Positions 8,669-17,908 of a stretch of 64,000 bases of DNA are shown piece after piece. Source of the stretch: a virus. Taxonomy: Duplodnaviria; Caudoviricetes. The stretch covers positions 23,402-87,401 of the IMG/VR virus record IMGVR_UViG_3300047359_001782. One strand, written 5' to 3'. The position numbers were made by a program, and so were the translations under genes. Under the pieces are notes generated by a model, which was given only the letters and a program-made list of their open reading frames with translations, had not been told where the DNA came from and made no database searches. Numbering within the stretch: position 1 is the first letter of the stretch; the number at the start of each line of letters is the position of its first letter.

Positions 8669-9394
8669 TTATTCAAATGTTGATTTTTCCCAATCAAAAA
8701 GTCCAAAATATGTCTTTGATATGATGCTGTTTGAGGTATATCCTTGGGTGATAAAAGAACATTCTTTCGTCTCAAACTCCTCAATAAAATCAGGTAGTTG
8801 TGGGTTGATGATTTTTTTTAATTTATTGCAATAATTTTTTGATTGTTTTAGTGTCATATTGTTGTGATTAAATTTTGGAAAGATAGCGCAGTGAGCTTTT
8901 TTGCCTCTTTTTGAAAATTCGATTCCCTCTTTATGCTTTGGCATATTGAGTTTAAAATAAAAATTAATAAGTTTAATAATTAAAGGGTTGTGAAAATATC
9001 TGTATTTTAATTCTGTACGCGCACCTTTATTGAAAGTTATAACTTTGCTGGAATTTTTGCCATCTGGTAGATATATTGCTTTTTTTGTTTTTAGTGAATT
9101 TAAATTTAGCTTAATTGATAAATTAATTCCTTGTATAGATTGATTGTGAATATCTGTTTTGTTTATAATAAAATCTTGTTCTCCAAAAAAACATTTCAAG
9201 CAATCTTCTTGCGCCGGTAATTTTCTACTGTAAATTTTTGTATAAAGCTTAATTGAGTTAATTCCTTTTTTTGAATAATCAAGGCCAAAACCATCAAGCG
9301 CTTTATACTTTGACTTTAGATCTTTTGAAAAATCGCAGAAAGCTCTTAAATCTTTAGGGAGGCTGTTATTTAATATGAAATCATAAATTTTCAT
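8669..9394 (-). CDS. Hypothetical protein (weak resemblance to ABBA/PT-barrel proteins)
   Basis: 241-aa ORF; GFGLDY..SIKLY strand pairs. The confidence refers to the ORF; the fold call is weak. Confidence 0.6.
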   Translation of the reverse strand: MKIYDFILNNSLPKDLRAFCDFSKDLKSKYKALDGFGLDYSKKGINSIKLYTKIYSRKLPAQEDCLKCFFGEQDFIINKTDIHNQSIQGINLSIKLNLNSLKTKKAIYLPDGKNSSKVITFNKGARTELKYRYFHNPLIIKLINFYFKLNMPKHKEGIEFSKRGKKAHCAIFPKFNHNNMTLKQSKNYCNKLKKIINPQLPDFIEEFETKECSFITQGYTSNSIISKTYFGLFDWEKSTFE

Positions 9395-9989
9395 TATTAA
9401 TAGACAAGAAGGAGGGTACTACTTTATTGAATTTAACTTTCGTATCATTATATATCTTGAGCCAACCAAACATTCTTCCTAATAGCGGAAGAAAAAGGCA
9501 ATTATATGGAGCTATTCCATTGTCTAGCGATAGGCAAGCTATAATACAACCGATATTCATTGGTACAGGCATAATTTTTTCCAAATTTATACAAAAATTT
9601 GTACTATCACCGAACACTGATTTGTATTTGTTTTTTAGAAAAATAACTCTGTCATCTTCATTTTTTATAGATGGATGACCGAATCCGGGAATTTTTTGAT
9701 TAGAGTGCCTTTCTGCTACTTCTTTGGGATTATATTTATGATTTTTATGTATAAACTCTGCGATTTGTTGTATTGGTAAATGTTGGTCGCTAATACAATT
9801 TAGCCCCGAAGATAAAGCATGAGCTAGAGATGCGCCTGAATTGCAAGCTAGCGCAACAACTGCTGAGCTTGGCGGTTCTATTTTTACAGGAAAATCTATA
9901 AAAATATTAGATAAATCATTAAATAAATCTAATTGAATTTCTGTTAAATTATCTCCTGCAAGATATTTGTATATATCATTTTTAAACAT
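9381..9989 (-). CDS. Short citrate-synthase / citryl-CoA-lyase-like protein
   Basis: EPPSS..A..G, ALSSGL..H, IPGFGHP..D.R, PMNI and LGRMFGW motifs; about 200 aa. Confidence 0.72.
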   Translation of the reverse strand: MFKNDIYKYLAGDNLTEIQLDLFNDLSNIFIDFPVKIEPPSSAVVALACNSGASLAHALSSGLNCISDQHLPIQQIAEFIHKNHKYNPKEVAERHSNQKIPGFGHPSIKNEDDRVIFLKNKYKSVFGDSTNFCINLEKIMPVPMNIGCIIACLSLDNGIAPYNCLFLPLLGRMFGWLKIYNDTKVKFNKVVPSFLSINNENL

Positions 9990-10479
9990 TTAATAAAGCT
10001 TCATGTTTTGTTGATATTAAATTGGTCTGCGCTTTGTATTTTTCTATAATTTTTTCAGAGTTTTTAATAGACGCTTCATTTTCAAAATGGATTTCATAAA
10101 TAAATTTACTAATGCCAATATCTTTTAAATAATTAGCCATAAAAATTCTTAGTTCAGTGCCTACGTTTTGTCTTCTATAATTTTTATCAACAACTGTCAA
10201 TACTCCTAGCGCTATTGATTCTTCAAGATCGTAAATCTCATTTGGTTTTGTTGAAGCGCAAGTTAAGCCTGCTAGTTTTTCTTTAACAGAATAACCAAAA
10301 ATTGGCTGATCTTCAAAAATAATTGGAAAAATTTCTGATTTATATAAACTATATGCGTTTTTTTCTGTAGGTTTTAGCTTGCCTATAAATAATGAATCAT
10401 TATTATCTATGCAAGATTTTAAGAGTTGAATTATATTATCTTCGTGCTGAAAGTCTAAATGATGTATATTGCTCATCAC
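9982..10479 (-). CDS. GNAT acetyltransferase
   Basis: VVDKNYRRQNVGTEL (motif A) and ENEASIK (motif B). Confidence 0.8.
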   Translation of the reverse strand: MMSNIHHLDFQHEDNIIQLLKSCIDNNDSLFIGKLKPTEKNAYSLYKSEIFPIIFEDQPIFGYSVKEKLAGLTCASTKPNEIYDLEESIALGVLTVVDKNYRRQNVGTELRIFMANYLKDIGISKFIYEIHFENEASIKNSEKIIEKYKAQTNLISTKHEALLNV

Positions 10480-11453
10480 ACATAATGATACCCTACAGTT
10501 GATAAACTTTCTAGATTTTTACCTCCTGAGTAGCTTATCGCGCTCTGCATGTCTTGTTGAATTTCTTTTAATTTTTGTTTATATGTCATTCCGTTATTCT
10601 TAATTTTATTTAGTTTTCCTTCAATGTGATTGCGGTGTTTTTTGTTTTCATAGCTTGCGGAACCAAAATAAGCTTTATGGAACTCTCCATTAATTTCTAT
10701 AACAGTAGCAGGACTATCTACGCAGCTCGCAAATAAACCTCCCGCCATAACCATGTCTGCACCAGCAACCATAGCTTTTGCAATATCTCCATTGCATTTT
10801 ATTCCTCCGTCTGCGATAATTGGAACTTTATTTAAATTATCTTCATGTTCACCAACATATACTGAACTACAAGATTTTGCGCAACTAAACATAGGTAGTG
10901 TAAATCCAGTTTTATCTTTTGTCGTGCAAGGAGAACCTTGGCCAATTCCAACTTTTACCACATCTGCTCCTGCGTTAGCTAAATCAATCACCGCCTGTCG
11001 AGTTGCTACGTTACCTGCTATAATTTTTGTGTTAGGTAATTCTTTTTTAATAAATTTAATCATGTCAATCATTTTTTTTGAATGACCATGGGCAATATCT
11101 ATTGTGAGGAAATCAATAGAGTTTCCTCGCCTTCGTATTTTATGTATTTTGTCTTGATCTGGATCTTGAACTCCCACGCTAAACGATATTATTTTCCAGT
11201 TTTCGGCGTTTGCGATAGCTACATTGTCTGCAAGATCATTATTAAATCGATGCATGACATAAAAGTATTCATTTTCGCTCATCCATTTTGCTAAGCTCAT
11301 GTTAATGACAGATTGCATATTGGCAGGAATAATTGGAAGTCTAAATTTAAACCCGCAAAATTCAACACTTGTATTGCATTCTGATCTGCTTGAGCATTCA
11401 CTATATTTTGGAACTAAAACAATATCTGAGTAATCTCTGTATTTAGCTGTCAT
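10476..11453 (-). CDS. guaC: GMP reductase
   Basis: PANM, IDIAHGHS, AGNV, KVGIGQGSPCTT and IIADGGI motifs; about 325 aa with no CBS domains. Start at MTAKY. Confidence 0.88.
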   Translation of the reverse strand: MTAKYRDYSDIVLVPKYSECSSRSECNTSVEFCGFKFRLPIIPANMQSVINMSLAKWMSENEYFYVMHRFNNDLADNVAIANAENWKIISFSVGVQDPDQDKIHKIRRRGNSIDFLTIDIAHGHSKKMIDMIKFIKKELPNTKIIAGNVATRQAVIDLANAGADVVKVGIGQGSPCTTKDKTGFTLPMFSCAKSCSSVYVGEHEDNLNKVPIIADGGIKCNGDIAKAMVAGADMVMAGGLFASCVDSPATVIEINGEFHKAYFGSASYENKKHRNHIEGKLNKIKNNGMTYKQKLKEIQQDMQSAISYSGGKNLESLSTVGYHYV

Positions 11454-11565
11454 AAAAATCGTCTTCTTTTTTCTTGTTAAAAAGCCAAATAATTCCACCT
11501 ATGATTCCAAAAACTAAGAAATCTCCAGTGAAAAATTCAAAATAAGAAGTTGCTAGTGTGTACAT
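11443..11565 (-). CDS. Small single-TM protein, 40 aa
   Basis: Hand translation MYTLATSYFEFFTGDFLVFGIIGGIIWLFNKKK..; overlaps both neighbours. Confidence 0.5.
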   Translation of the reverse strand: MYTLATSYFEFFTGDFLVFGIIGGIIWLFNKKKEDDFYDS

Positions 11566-12104
11566 TATCTATATTCCTTTTGAAGTAGTCTCCATCTGTC
11601 TGAGTCAATAGGCTTGTTTCCGCAATCTATAGCGAAGAGCATATCTATAATCTCATCAACTGTATTATAAATATATTTATGCGGGAACATTCCAAGCATC
11701 CATAAAGGAGTCTTTGATTTTCCGCCTTCCATACTAACAAAAACAGGCTTCTTCTCTCTAACTGCAGTGACAATCTCTTCTGCGCTGCCCCAGCTTGCGA
11801 CCTCAGGAACGAGGTGAGCTACTATAAAATCGCTTCGATCAACTAAATTTAAATCATATGCTCGAACCGTTTTCATTCGATCTGTAACTCGATCGTATTG
11901 TTTTGTCTTCATCCAAGTTTCCATTTCTTGGCGAGAAGCTTCATCTTCTTCTACATCTTTAATAAATGGTTTTTTATAGGGGTCAAAGCAAGTTATTCCT
12001 AGTGGTTCAAGTTTTTCTGTTACATGCTCTCTCCAATTCCTGCCACTAACATATTGCATGTGGCCTACTAAATAACATTTAGTTCTGTACAATAGATTAT
12101 TCAT
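11565..12104 (-). CDS. Nucleoside 2-deoxyribosyltransferase / nucleotide N-glycosidase-like protein
   Basis: CYLVGHM..WR..FDP..DLNLVDRSDFIVA..SWGSAEE Ndt-fold motifs. Confidence 0.75.
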   Translation of the reverse strand: MNNLLYRTKCYLVGHMQYVSGRNWREHVTEKLEPLGITCFDPYKKPFIKDVEEDEASRQEMETWMKTKQYDRVTDRMKTVRAYDLNLVDRSDFIVAHLVPEVASWGSAEEIVTAVREKKPVFVSMEGGKSKTPLWMLGMFPHKYIYNTVDEIIDMLFAIDCGNKPIDSDRWRLLQKEYR

Positions 12105-12110
12105 GCCTGA

Positions 12111-12139
12111 ATTATATCAGACAATAACTTTAATGTCAA
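12111..12139 (-). promoter_or_regulatory. Consensus sigma70 promoter, leaderless
   Basis: TTGACA-17 nt-TATAAT with extended TG; ATG 6 nt downstream. Confidence 0.88.
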
Positions 12140-12142
12140 GAC

Positions 12143-13792
12143 TTATCTTGCCGCCATAATGTGAATGTTGTAGTTCGACGCTGGCAAACTATCAAAGTTT
12201 ATCGTAAACTTTTCTTGCGAAATGTTAGATAAAGTATATTTCATGTCAGAATGTGAATCTTCATACGGCCAAGAAGAAAGTTTTACTTCTTTCCAGTCTC
12301 CTTCTTGGTTTGTTTTGTATAAATATTCTCCTGAAAGATGATATCCATCAAAATCAAAATCGTCCTCAAAGTAAAAATTGCTACCACTTACGCTAATTTT
12401 TGCCCAAAAATCCTCTCCAGTACATATGTATAGAAAGTCATTTTCAATCTCTTTTTGTCCGATGCTACCAGATTCTCTTTGTTCAATTACCGCTTCTACC
12501 CTCCTCCATTCGTTTGATGTTGTAAAAATATAATAAAACGGCTCTTCAAAAAACTCGTCTCCTATTCCACCGGCATTAATTGTTTTAAAAGTTTCCTTAG
12601 CTTCTAGGGTTAAATTTATTACAGGTGGTCTATCGAAGGCTTCCGGAAAATATACTTCATTAGAAATTAAACCTCCTGCTAGCAAGCCTGTTGAAAAAGA
12701 CTGTAGTTTTGTTTGGTGTACAGACAAAACTTGTGAGGGAGTTGCGCTAACTTGCATAAAATATCCTGTGCCTGTGATATTTTGTTCGAATTTTATTTCC
12801 ATCGAGCTTTCTGTTATGCTGGAAATATAATGATTTATATAAGGGTCTGCTACAGCGCTCAAAAGCGTTGCCTGTACAGAGGGTATAGATCCAAAAGTTT
12901 TTGGGAACTCAATGTCGTATCTATTGAGTCCTGCAGGTAATTTTTTCGAGAAAAATACTGCTTCATCATATTTTTGAGGCACAACTTTTTCAAAGGAGCC
13001 ATCTTCTCCTGTAACATATAATTCTTGAAAGAAAGCGTCTCCCGAAATATTTAACGCTCCAGAATTTATGGAAAATTTATTTTCTCCAGAAATAACGACA
13101 TCTATTCCAGAGCTTATGTCAACATAATTTTCATCATCAAAAGCTAATTTAAGGTGGTCCTTAGAGATTTCTATAAAACTTTCATTTTGAGTAGATCTCA
13201 ATGAACCCGAAAGAAATAAATCCCCTTTTACTTCCATATCTCCCCCGCAAAATAAATTGCCGGAACAGTGTAAATCTTCTTCAATAGTAATATTATTATG
13301 AGCCTTTAAATTTTCTGACGAAAGATCTCCAGAAAATATACCGGAGCCTTCAGATATTAAGTTTCCTTCTGCATAAATCCCTCCATCAATATTTAGTGCC
13401 CGCTGTAGCGTTTCTTGAGCTGAAGAAAATCTATCTCCGACGCCGATTTTATCAAAAAAAATGTTTTCTCCTAGAAAATTATATCCGCTAATATCCCCCT
13501 CTTGAGTTGTGTCGATAATTTCTTTAGCTAAAAGCTTTCCATTAAATTGGCAGTCATCTTCAAATACTTTTTTGCCTCTAATTAACTGATCTCCAGTTAA
13601 GGAAACTGTATCGTTAACTATCGAGCTCTTAAGATCTTTAAAGTTAATTGTGACACTTTCTTTTTCTGGTTTAGTGACCAAGAATAGGAAATCTTCGTGT
13701 TGCCCTGACTGGGTGTAGCTGGCTGGAATTTGAGCAGGGAAAGCGTGTAATTGATTAATTTTTTTAAAGCTGGATATTCTGTTGTCTTTCAT
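12143..13792 (-). CDS. Virion fibre/appendage protein with two H-lectin/gp53-like C-terminal domains
   Basis: LTGDQLIRGKKVF fibre motif, beta-rich shaft, FPKTFGSIPSV and FPEAFDRPPVI domains; paralog of the next gene. Confidence 0.6.
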   Translation of the reverse strand: MKDNRISSFKKINQLHAFPAQIPASYTQSGQHEDFLFLVTKPEKESVTINFKDLKSSIVNDTVSLTGDQLIRGKKVFEDDCQFNGKLLAKEIIDTTQEGDISGYNFLGENIFFDKIGVGDRFSSAQETLQRALNIDGGIYAEGNLISEGSGIFSGDLSSENLKAHNNITIEEDLHCSGNLFCGGDMEVKGDLFLSGSLRSTQNESFIEISKDHLKLAFDDENYVDISSGIDVVISGENKFSINSGALNISGDAFFQELYVTGEDGSFEKVVPQKYDEAVFFSKKLPAGLNRYDIEFPKTFGSIPSVQATLLSAVADPYINHYISSITESSMEIKFEQNITGTGYFMQVSATPSQVLSVHQTKLQSFSTGLLAGGLISNEVYFPEAFDRPPVINLTLEAKETFKTINAGGIGDEFFEEPFYYIFTTSNEWRRVEAVIEQRESGSIGQKEIENDFLYICTGEDFWAKISVSGSNFYFEDDFDFDGYHLSGEYLYKTNQEGDWKEVKLSSWPYEDSHSDMKYTLSNISQEKFTINFDSLPASNYNIHIMAAR

Positions 13793-13796
13793 CGTA

Positions 13797-15116
13797 TTAA
13801 CTAATTCTTTGTTTCTCTTTTTCGGTTGTTATCGTGTGGACGGAAAAGTTTTGTTGAGGAGGATTTTGAAAATTTAATATGTATCCAGTGGTATTTACAC
13901 CTGAAACTACGAATCGATCTTCTGCTTCTAGATTTTCTGGACTAACTAATATTTTAATATCTTCATGGTTATTGGGTAAATTTATGGAATATTGATGGCT
14001 GCCAGATTCTAAATCAACAGAAGATCTATATATGTCTTTTTTTTTGGACGAAAAAATTGAACTAGAATTTAGCATTGCAATAGTATGGATTTTGGAGGTT
14101 TCATTTTCAATATCGCTATCAAAAGTTATTTGATATCCATACTTATCTATATTGCTTATTAAAAAGTTATTTACGCCTGTTTTATTAATCAGGCAGTTTT
14201 CTGTAGCCACAGAGACTACTGGTGTTTCTCTAAACGTTTTTGGAAAAAGTATATCAAAATTTTTCTCTCCAGAATTTATCTCTGTTTTGAAAGCTATAGA
14301 CTCTTCTCCTCCACCAAAAAATTTACCTGAAGTATTGCTGACTGAGGATATAAAAGAAGTTTCATCAAAAGAAACTTCTCCGGAATTAACCCCGTTCTGC
14401 ATTAGATAGTCTTCACCGATTTTTATTTTATCGGAAATGCGGCATGTCCCTGTATTGGATAAATTTAAAAAAATGTCAGAATCATTTTCAAAAATTAAAT
14501 TTTGGTTAGACATGGACAATTCTGATTGAGTGAAGTTTATTTTTTCTTTGAAAAACAAGTTCTTTCCGCTAACCGTTAAATCTTCTGAGTTATAGATGTC
14601 TCCGCTTAAGTTTATAGAGTTGGTTTTTAGTTTATTTAAGTCTACATTTTCGCTGCTCAGGTATTTAAAGACGCTTTCTTGGTTTGAGTTAAAAAAACAA
14701 TCCTCTGTGATGTAAATATCTTTTGTGTTAACCAAGGCTTTTTTTGTAACTTCATGCGTATTGACGCTATTAAAAAAACCAGTTGAACTCATGAAATTAA
14801 TTCCAGAGATATTTCCAGTAGATATAGGTCCGATTGAATTTATAGATAACCTACGATTTATTTCACAATCTTCATCAAAAATTTTTTGCCCGCTTATATT
14901 TTGATCCCCCCTGAGATGTATTGCATGAGTTAAGCATGAATTGTATAAACCAGAAAATGATATAATTTCATTGCTTATCTTTGGATTAATTACCATGAAA
15001 TACCGCTCATTATTAAGCTGAGAGTATGGAGGAGGGGAGCTTTCATAGTTAAAGCTCGTTCCGGAAGAAAAAAGTGGTGCAATCTTAGGTAATTCTGATA
15101 TTCTTTGATTTGGCAT
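13797..15116 (-). CDS. Virion fibre/appendage protein, paralog of 12143-13792
   Basis: MPNQRISELP start, LRGDQNISGQKIF and FPKTFRETPVV. Confidence 0.6.
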   Translation of the reverse strand: MPNQRISELPKIAPLFSSGTSFNYESSPPPYSQLNNERYFMVINPKISNEIISFSGLYNSCLTHAIHLRGDQNISGQKIFDEDCEINRRLSINSIGPISTGNISGINFMSSTGFFNSVNTHEVTKKALVNTKDIYITEDCFFNSNQESVFKYLSSENVDLNKLKTNSINLSGDIYNSEDLTVSGKNLFFKEKINFTQSELSMSNQNLIFENDSDIFLNLSNTGTCRISDKIKIGEDYLMQNGVNSGEVSFDETSFISSVSNTSGKFFGGGEESIAFKTEINSGEKNFDILFPKTFRETPVVSVATENCLINKTGVNNFLISNIDKYGYQITFDSDIENETSKIHTIAMLNSSSIFSSKKKDIYRSSVDLESGSHQYSINLPNNHEDIKILVSPENLEAEDRFVVSGVNTTGYILNFQNPPQQNFSVHTITTEKEKQRIS

Positions 15117-15166
15117 GGCAGCAAGCTTTATTACACCAAAATACAAGAATTTGTGTAATAACTTTA

Positions 15167-17854
15167 ATGGCACAAGGAGTAATGGATAGGTTGACCTATG
15201 AGCGGTTAGGGGTAATATTGACTGACGCTCCTGCGTACAAGGAAGCTGGTTCAAAATATAAAGATTTGATTAGGGTTCAAAATATGAGTTACGACTTAAC
15301 TCATCAATCGACAGATATTAAAGCTATTGGAGCCGATGAGCTAGTTACTAGAGATGGACAAAGCCCTGTTGTGAGGGCTCCAGACGTTTCTTGTGATATA
15401 GGGTATTTATTTACCAACGGCCTTAACGAAAACAACATAGGGTTTCACTTGAGTAAAAATGGTAGTGTTTTAAAAAATTTTTTATTACAAAATCATACAG
15501 ACGACATAAATATATTGATTGTTTCATCCAACAAAAATGAAAATGAAGATCTTGTCTTTTTGGAATCGGAGCAAGACTTTGAAAATTTCAATATAATAGG
15601 TATAGGTAATGCATTTTTATCTCGTTATGCATACAGCGCATCAATAGGGCAATTTGCATCTAGCACAATTTCTTATGGAGGGAGTAATATCCAGTTTGAT
15701 TTATATTCTGAACAAAATAGACCAAAGCTCCCTGCTGTAAAACTGGGAGCAAATAATATAAGGTCAGAAGAAGTGCTTGAGCTAGCTCCGGGAAAATTTA
15801 CAGACTTTCATCACTCTTTTGATAAAATATTTGACTCCCATGTTTCTCCTGAAATTTCCGCAATTTCTCCCGGAACGATTAACGCTACAATTTTCAAAAT
15901 TAACGGGGATAGGGGTGGCGCTGTCGTTGATTCCGTAAATGCCGCAATTCAAAATATAAATATAGATCTTCCTATTCCTCGCCAAGCAATTTATGGATTA
16001 GGAAGTAATTTTATATTTGACCGAAAATTAAAATTACCAATTATAGGCTCTTTGTCTATAGATATGATATTAAGAGAATACTCTCAGGATAAATTGGACG
16101 GATTTTTAAACAAAACTAATACATATGACATAATTATCGATCATAAAATCGATCCTCTTTTGGCTGGTAATGAGGGAGATTTTTTCGCAGATGAAATTAG
16201 TGAGAAATTATACATAAACATAGGTGACTCAGAGTGGAAAAGTACTTCGCATGGGCAGGGCTCGACCGAAGAAAATACTTCAATAAGCTCTAGTCAAAAA
16301 GAGTACTTTTCTGGCGATTATAATTTTTATTATGCCAGAATAAAAGATTCTTTGTGGCTAAAGGTTCCTTTAGAGGAGAGTTTTTTCCAGGATCAAGAGG
16401 CGGATGTATTTCAGAAAATTTATCAAAATAATTACATTCATATTAAAACAGAGAGTTCTTGGGTCAAGTTTCTTGTTGAAGATCTGGTTTTAGATAATGA
16501 TCTAATTGAGGGACTATCTTTTGAATCTAAAAGTAAATTAGTTAATAATATAACATTTGAAATTAATAATGCTCAACTTCAAAATCAATCTTATAGTCAC
16601 GAAATAGGTTCTGATGTTATGGTAAGTTCAGCCCTATCTTTTGGGGTTTCTAGAGACGACGGTTTAAAACTTTACCCTCGGTTTTTAGCGAGAGTAGCTC
16701 CAGTTTGGGTGACTAATATAGATAATATAACACACGAAGAAAATGATGAATCGCCTTTAAATTACGATAAAAATATAGATCTTGGTGATAGTAAAGTTAG
16801 TTTTTCTTTAGGTGGAGCTGACTCGGAATACTTTGAGGTTCATCCGAATGGAAATATATTTTTTATAGAGAGTCCTGATTTTGAGATCAAATCTTCATAT
16901 GCTTTATCTGTAACGGCAACAAATGAATCCGGGCATTCATTGAAAAATATAAATGTTCAAATTGTAGATAAAGTTGATTCTAACCCTGTTTGGTCTTTAA
17001 CTGAAGAAACTATAAATCACCCAGAGGGCACAAATATAGTAGAGTACAATCAGGATTTAAATATAGACCCAACCCATGCTTTTTATGGATTGTCCGGAGA
17101 AGACAAAAAGTATTTCTCCCTTTCCTCTTCGGGAGAACTTTCTTTTAGGTTCACTCCTGATTTTGAGACTGCAATTAAAAAAGATTTTGATATATTTATT
17201 ACTGCCTATAATCAGTTTGGTAACACAAGTAAGTATCTTAATATACAAATAGTTAACGTTCAGGATGCGGCTCCCGAGTGGGTCTCTAGCACCGATTCCA
17301 TCAATGTCGAAAGAGGCTCCTTGTCTTCTTTATTAATATCAAGCGAGATAAAAGAATTTGAAGATTATCCAGTGTTTTATACTTTGTCTGGACCAGATTC
17401 GCATCTATTTGAAATATCCAGTACAGGTGAGATTAGATTTATCGGAGACCCTCATTTAGTCAATAAAACGGCACTTTATTTTGAAGCTAGAGTATTTAAC
17501 TCCGCAGGTTCATCGAGTAAACAGTTTAAAATTGAGATCAATCAGCTTATATCTTTTGAAAATAGCAGAGTAGTGTTTCAAAAAAATGAACAGGGAGATT
17601 CTGTTAAGATTGGCGCTGTATTAAAGCAAAGATTATATCCTGCTTATATTTTCCAGGAAGATTATTCCGTTCCCAGTTTTGTTTATTTTGCTTTAACTGG
17701 GTACGGTTGGTTTCAGGTGCCATTAACTGAGTCAGAGTTTAACAGCGATGAGTCATTAAATTTTTACGAAGAAGGGGATAAAATCTTTACAGATAATTTT
17801 GTTCACATATATACTAACTCAGGCGGATGGATGAAAACCGCAATTACACAATAA
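15167..17854 (+). CDS. Tail-tube-like protein with three cadherin-like Ig repeats
   Basis: N-terminal part is collinear with 17909-19183 (RVQ..Y; P.V..D..Y..TNG.NE; GN.F...Y...AS.G). Three repeats of FSLGGADSEYF..G.I.F...PDFE type follow. Confidence 0.65.
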   Translation: MAQGVMDRLTYERLGVILTDAPAYKEAGSKYKDLIRVQNMSYDLTHQSTDIKAIGADELVTRDGQSPVVRAPDVSCDIGYLFTNGLNENNIGFHLSKNGSVLKNFLLQNHTDDINILIVSSNKNENEDLVFLESEQDFENFNIIGIGNAFLSRYAYSASIGQFASSTISYGGSNIQFDLYSEQNRPKLPAVKLGANNIRSEEVLELAPGKFTDFHHSFDKIFDSHVSPEISAISPGTINATIFKINGDRGGAVVDSVNAAIQNINIDLPIPRQAIYGLGSNFIFDRKLKLPIIGSLSIDMILREYSQDKLDGFLNKTNTYDIIIDHKIDPLLAGNEGDFFADEISEKLYINIGDSEWKSTSHGQGSTEENTSISSSQKEYFSGDYNFYYARIKDSLWLKVPLEESFFQDQEADVFQKIYQNNYIHIKTESSWVKFLVEDLVLDNDLIEGLSFESKSKLVNNITFEINNAQLQNQSYSHEIGSDVMVSSALSFGVSRDDGLKLYPRFLARVAPVWVTNIDNITHEENDESPLNYDKNIDLGDSKVSFSLGGADSEYFEVHPNGNIFFIESPDFEIKSSYALSVTATNESGHSLKNINVQIVDKVDSNPVWSLTEETINHPEGTNIVEYNQDLNIDPTHAFYGLSGEDKKYFSLSSSGELSFRFTPDFETAIKKDFDIFITAYNQFGNTSKYLNIQIVNVQDAAPEWVSSTDSINVERGSLSSLLISSEIKEFEDYPVFYTLSGPDSHLFEISSTGEIRFIGDPHLVNKTALYFEARVFNSAGSSSKQFKIEINQLISFENSRVVFQKNEQGDSVKIGAVLKQRLYPAYIFQEDYSVPSFVYFALTGYGWFQVPLTESEFNSDESLNFYEEGDKIFTDNFVHIYTNSGGWMKTAITQ

Positions 17855-17886
17855 AAAACCCCCTAATTTTCATTAGGAGGTTTTTT
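17853..17886. terminator. Bidirectional intrinsic terminator
   Basis: AAAAAA-CCCCCTAAT-TTTC-ATTAGGAGG-TTTTTT between convergent genes. Confidence 0.8.
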
Positions 17887-17908
17887 AAAATAGAGCTGTT
17901 AATTTAAA

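Noticed and set aside
10476-11453. IMP dehydrogenase
   Set aside because: Short length, no CBS domains and the overall motif pattern fit GuaC better, although a phylogeny is needed to be sure.
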